64,000 bases of DNA from Candidatus Tectimicrobiota bacterium (GTDB taxonomy: Bacteria; JACPUC01). Shown here one piece after another: positions 64,000-64,000 of this stretch (positions are counted from its first letter, which is position 1; each line of letters begins with the position of its first letter). Made by a program: the position numbers and the translations under genes. Location of the stretch: the NCBI GenBank assembly GCA_016192455.1, contig JACPUC010000029.1:1-64000 (forward strand), given 5' to 3'. The notes under the pieces were generated by a model. It did no database searches, was not told the origin of the DNA, and saw nothing but the letters and a program-made list of their open reading frames with translations.

Positions 64000-64000
64000 C

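Overview
High-GC bacterial chromosomal window. The bactofilin-atpF'FHAGD gene order suggests a deltaproteobacteria-like or related candidate-phylum lineage (inference only). Housekeeping content: a partial F-type ATP synthase operon with two AT-rich orphan genes inserted between atpA and atpG; a MacAB-type exporter; threonine ammonia-lyase; TlpA and CcmH; tRNA-Gly(CCC); a JAB peptidase; a split liv ABC system; the glycine cleavage operon with a lipoate ligase; and mpg. Accessory content is a catabolic cluster at about 13-31 kb (UbiD decarboxylase, flavoprotein disulfide reductase, RdhA-like protein, molybdenum hydroxylase LMS, hydrolase, Dpp transporter with two nitrilase-family enzymes) and a 1264-aa repetitive surface protein. 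Four signals are not explained by the ORF track. (1) A locus at about 10.0-12.1 kb in which a 100-bp direct repeat carries a ~58-nt structured RNA (copy 1 directly behind a consensus promoter) plus the 3' end of a DUF3800-like gene; the repeats flank an AT-rich membrane-protein gene and an IS200/IS605-type end. (2) An in-frame UGA at the second active-site Cys of the flavoprotein reductase, followed by a SECIS-like hairpin, which makes it a probable selenoprotein. (3) A solitary type I-C CRISPR repeat with a downstream anti-repeat and no cas genes. (4) An HTH + nuclease-like + transmembrane protein next to the surface-protein gene. All calls are by eye; no database searches were run.
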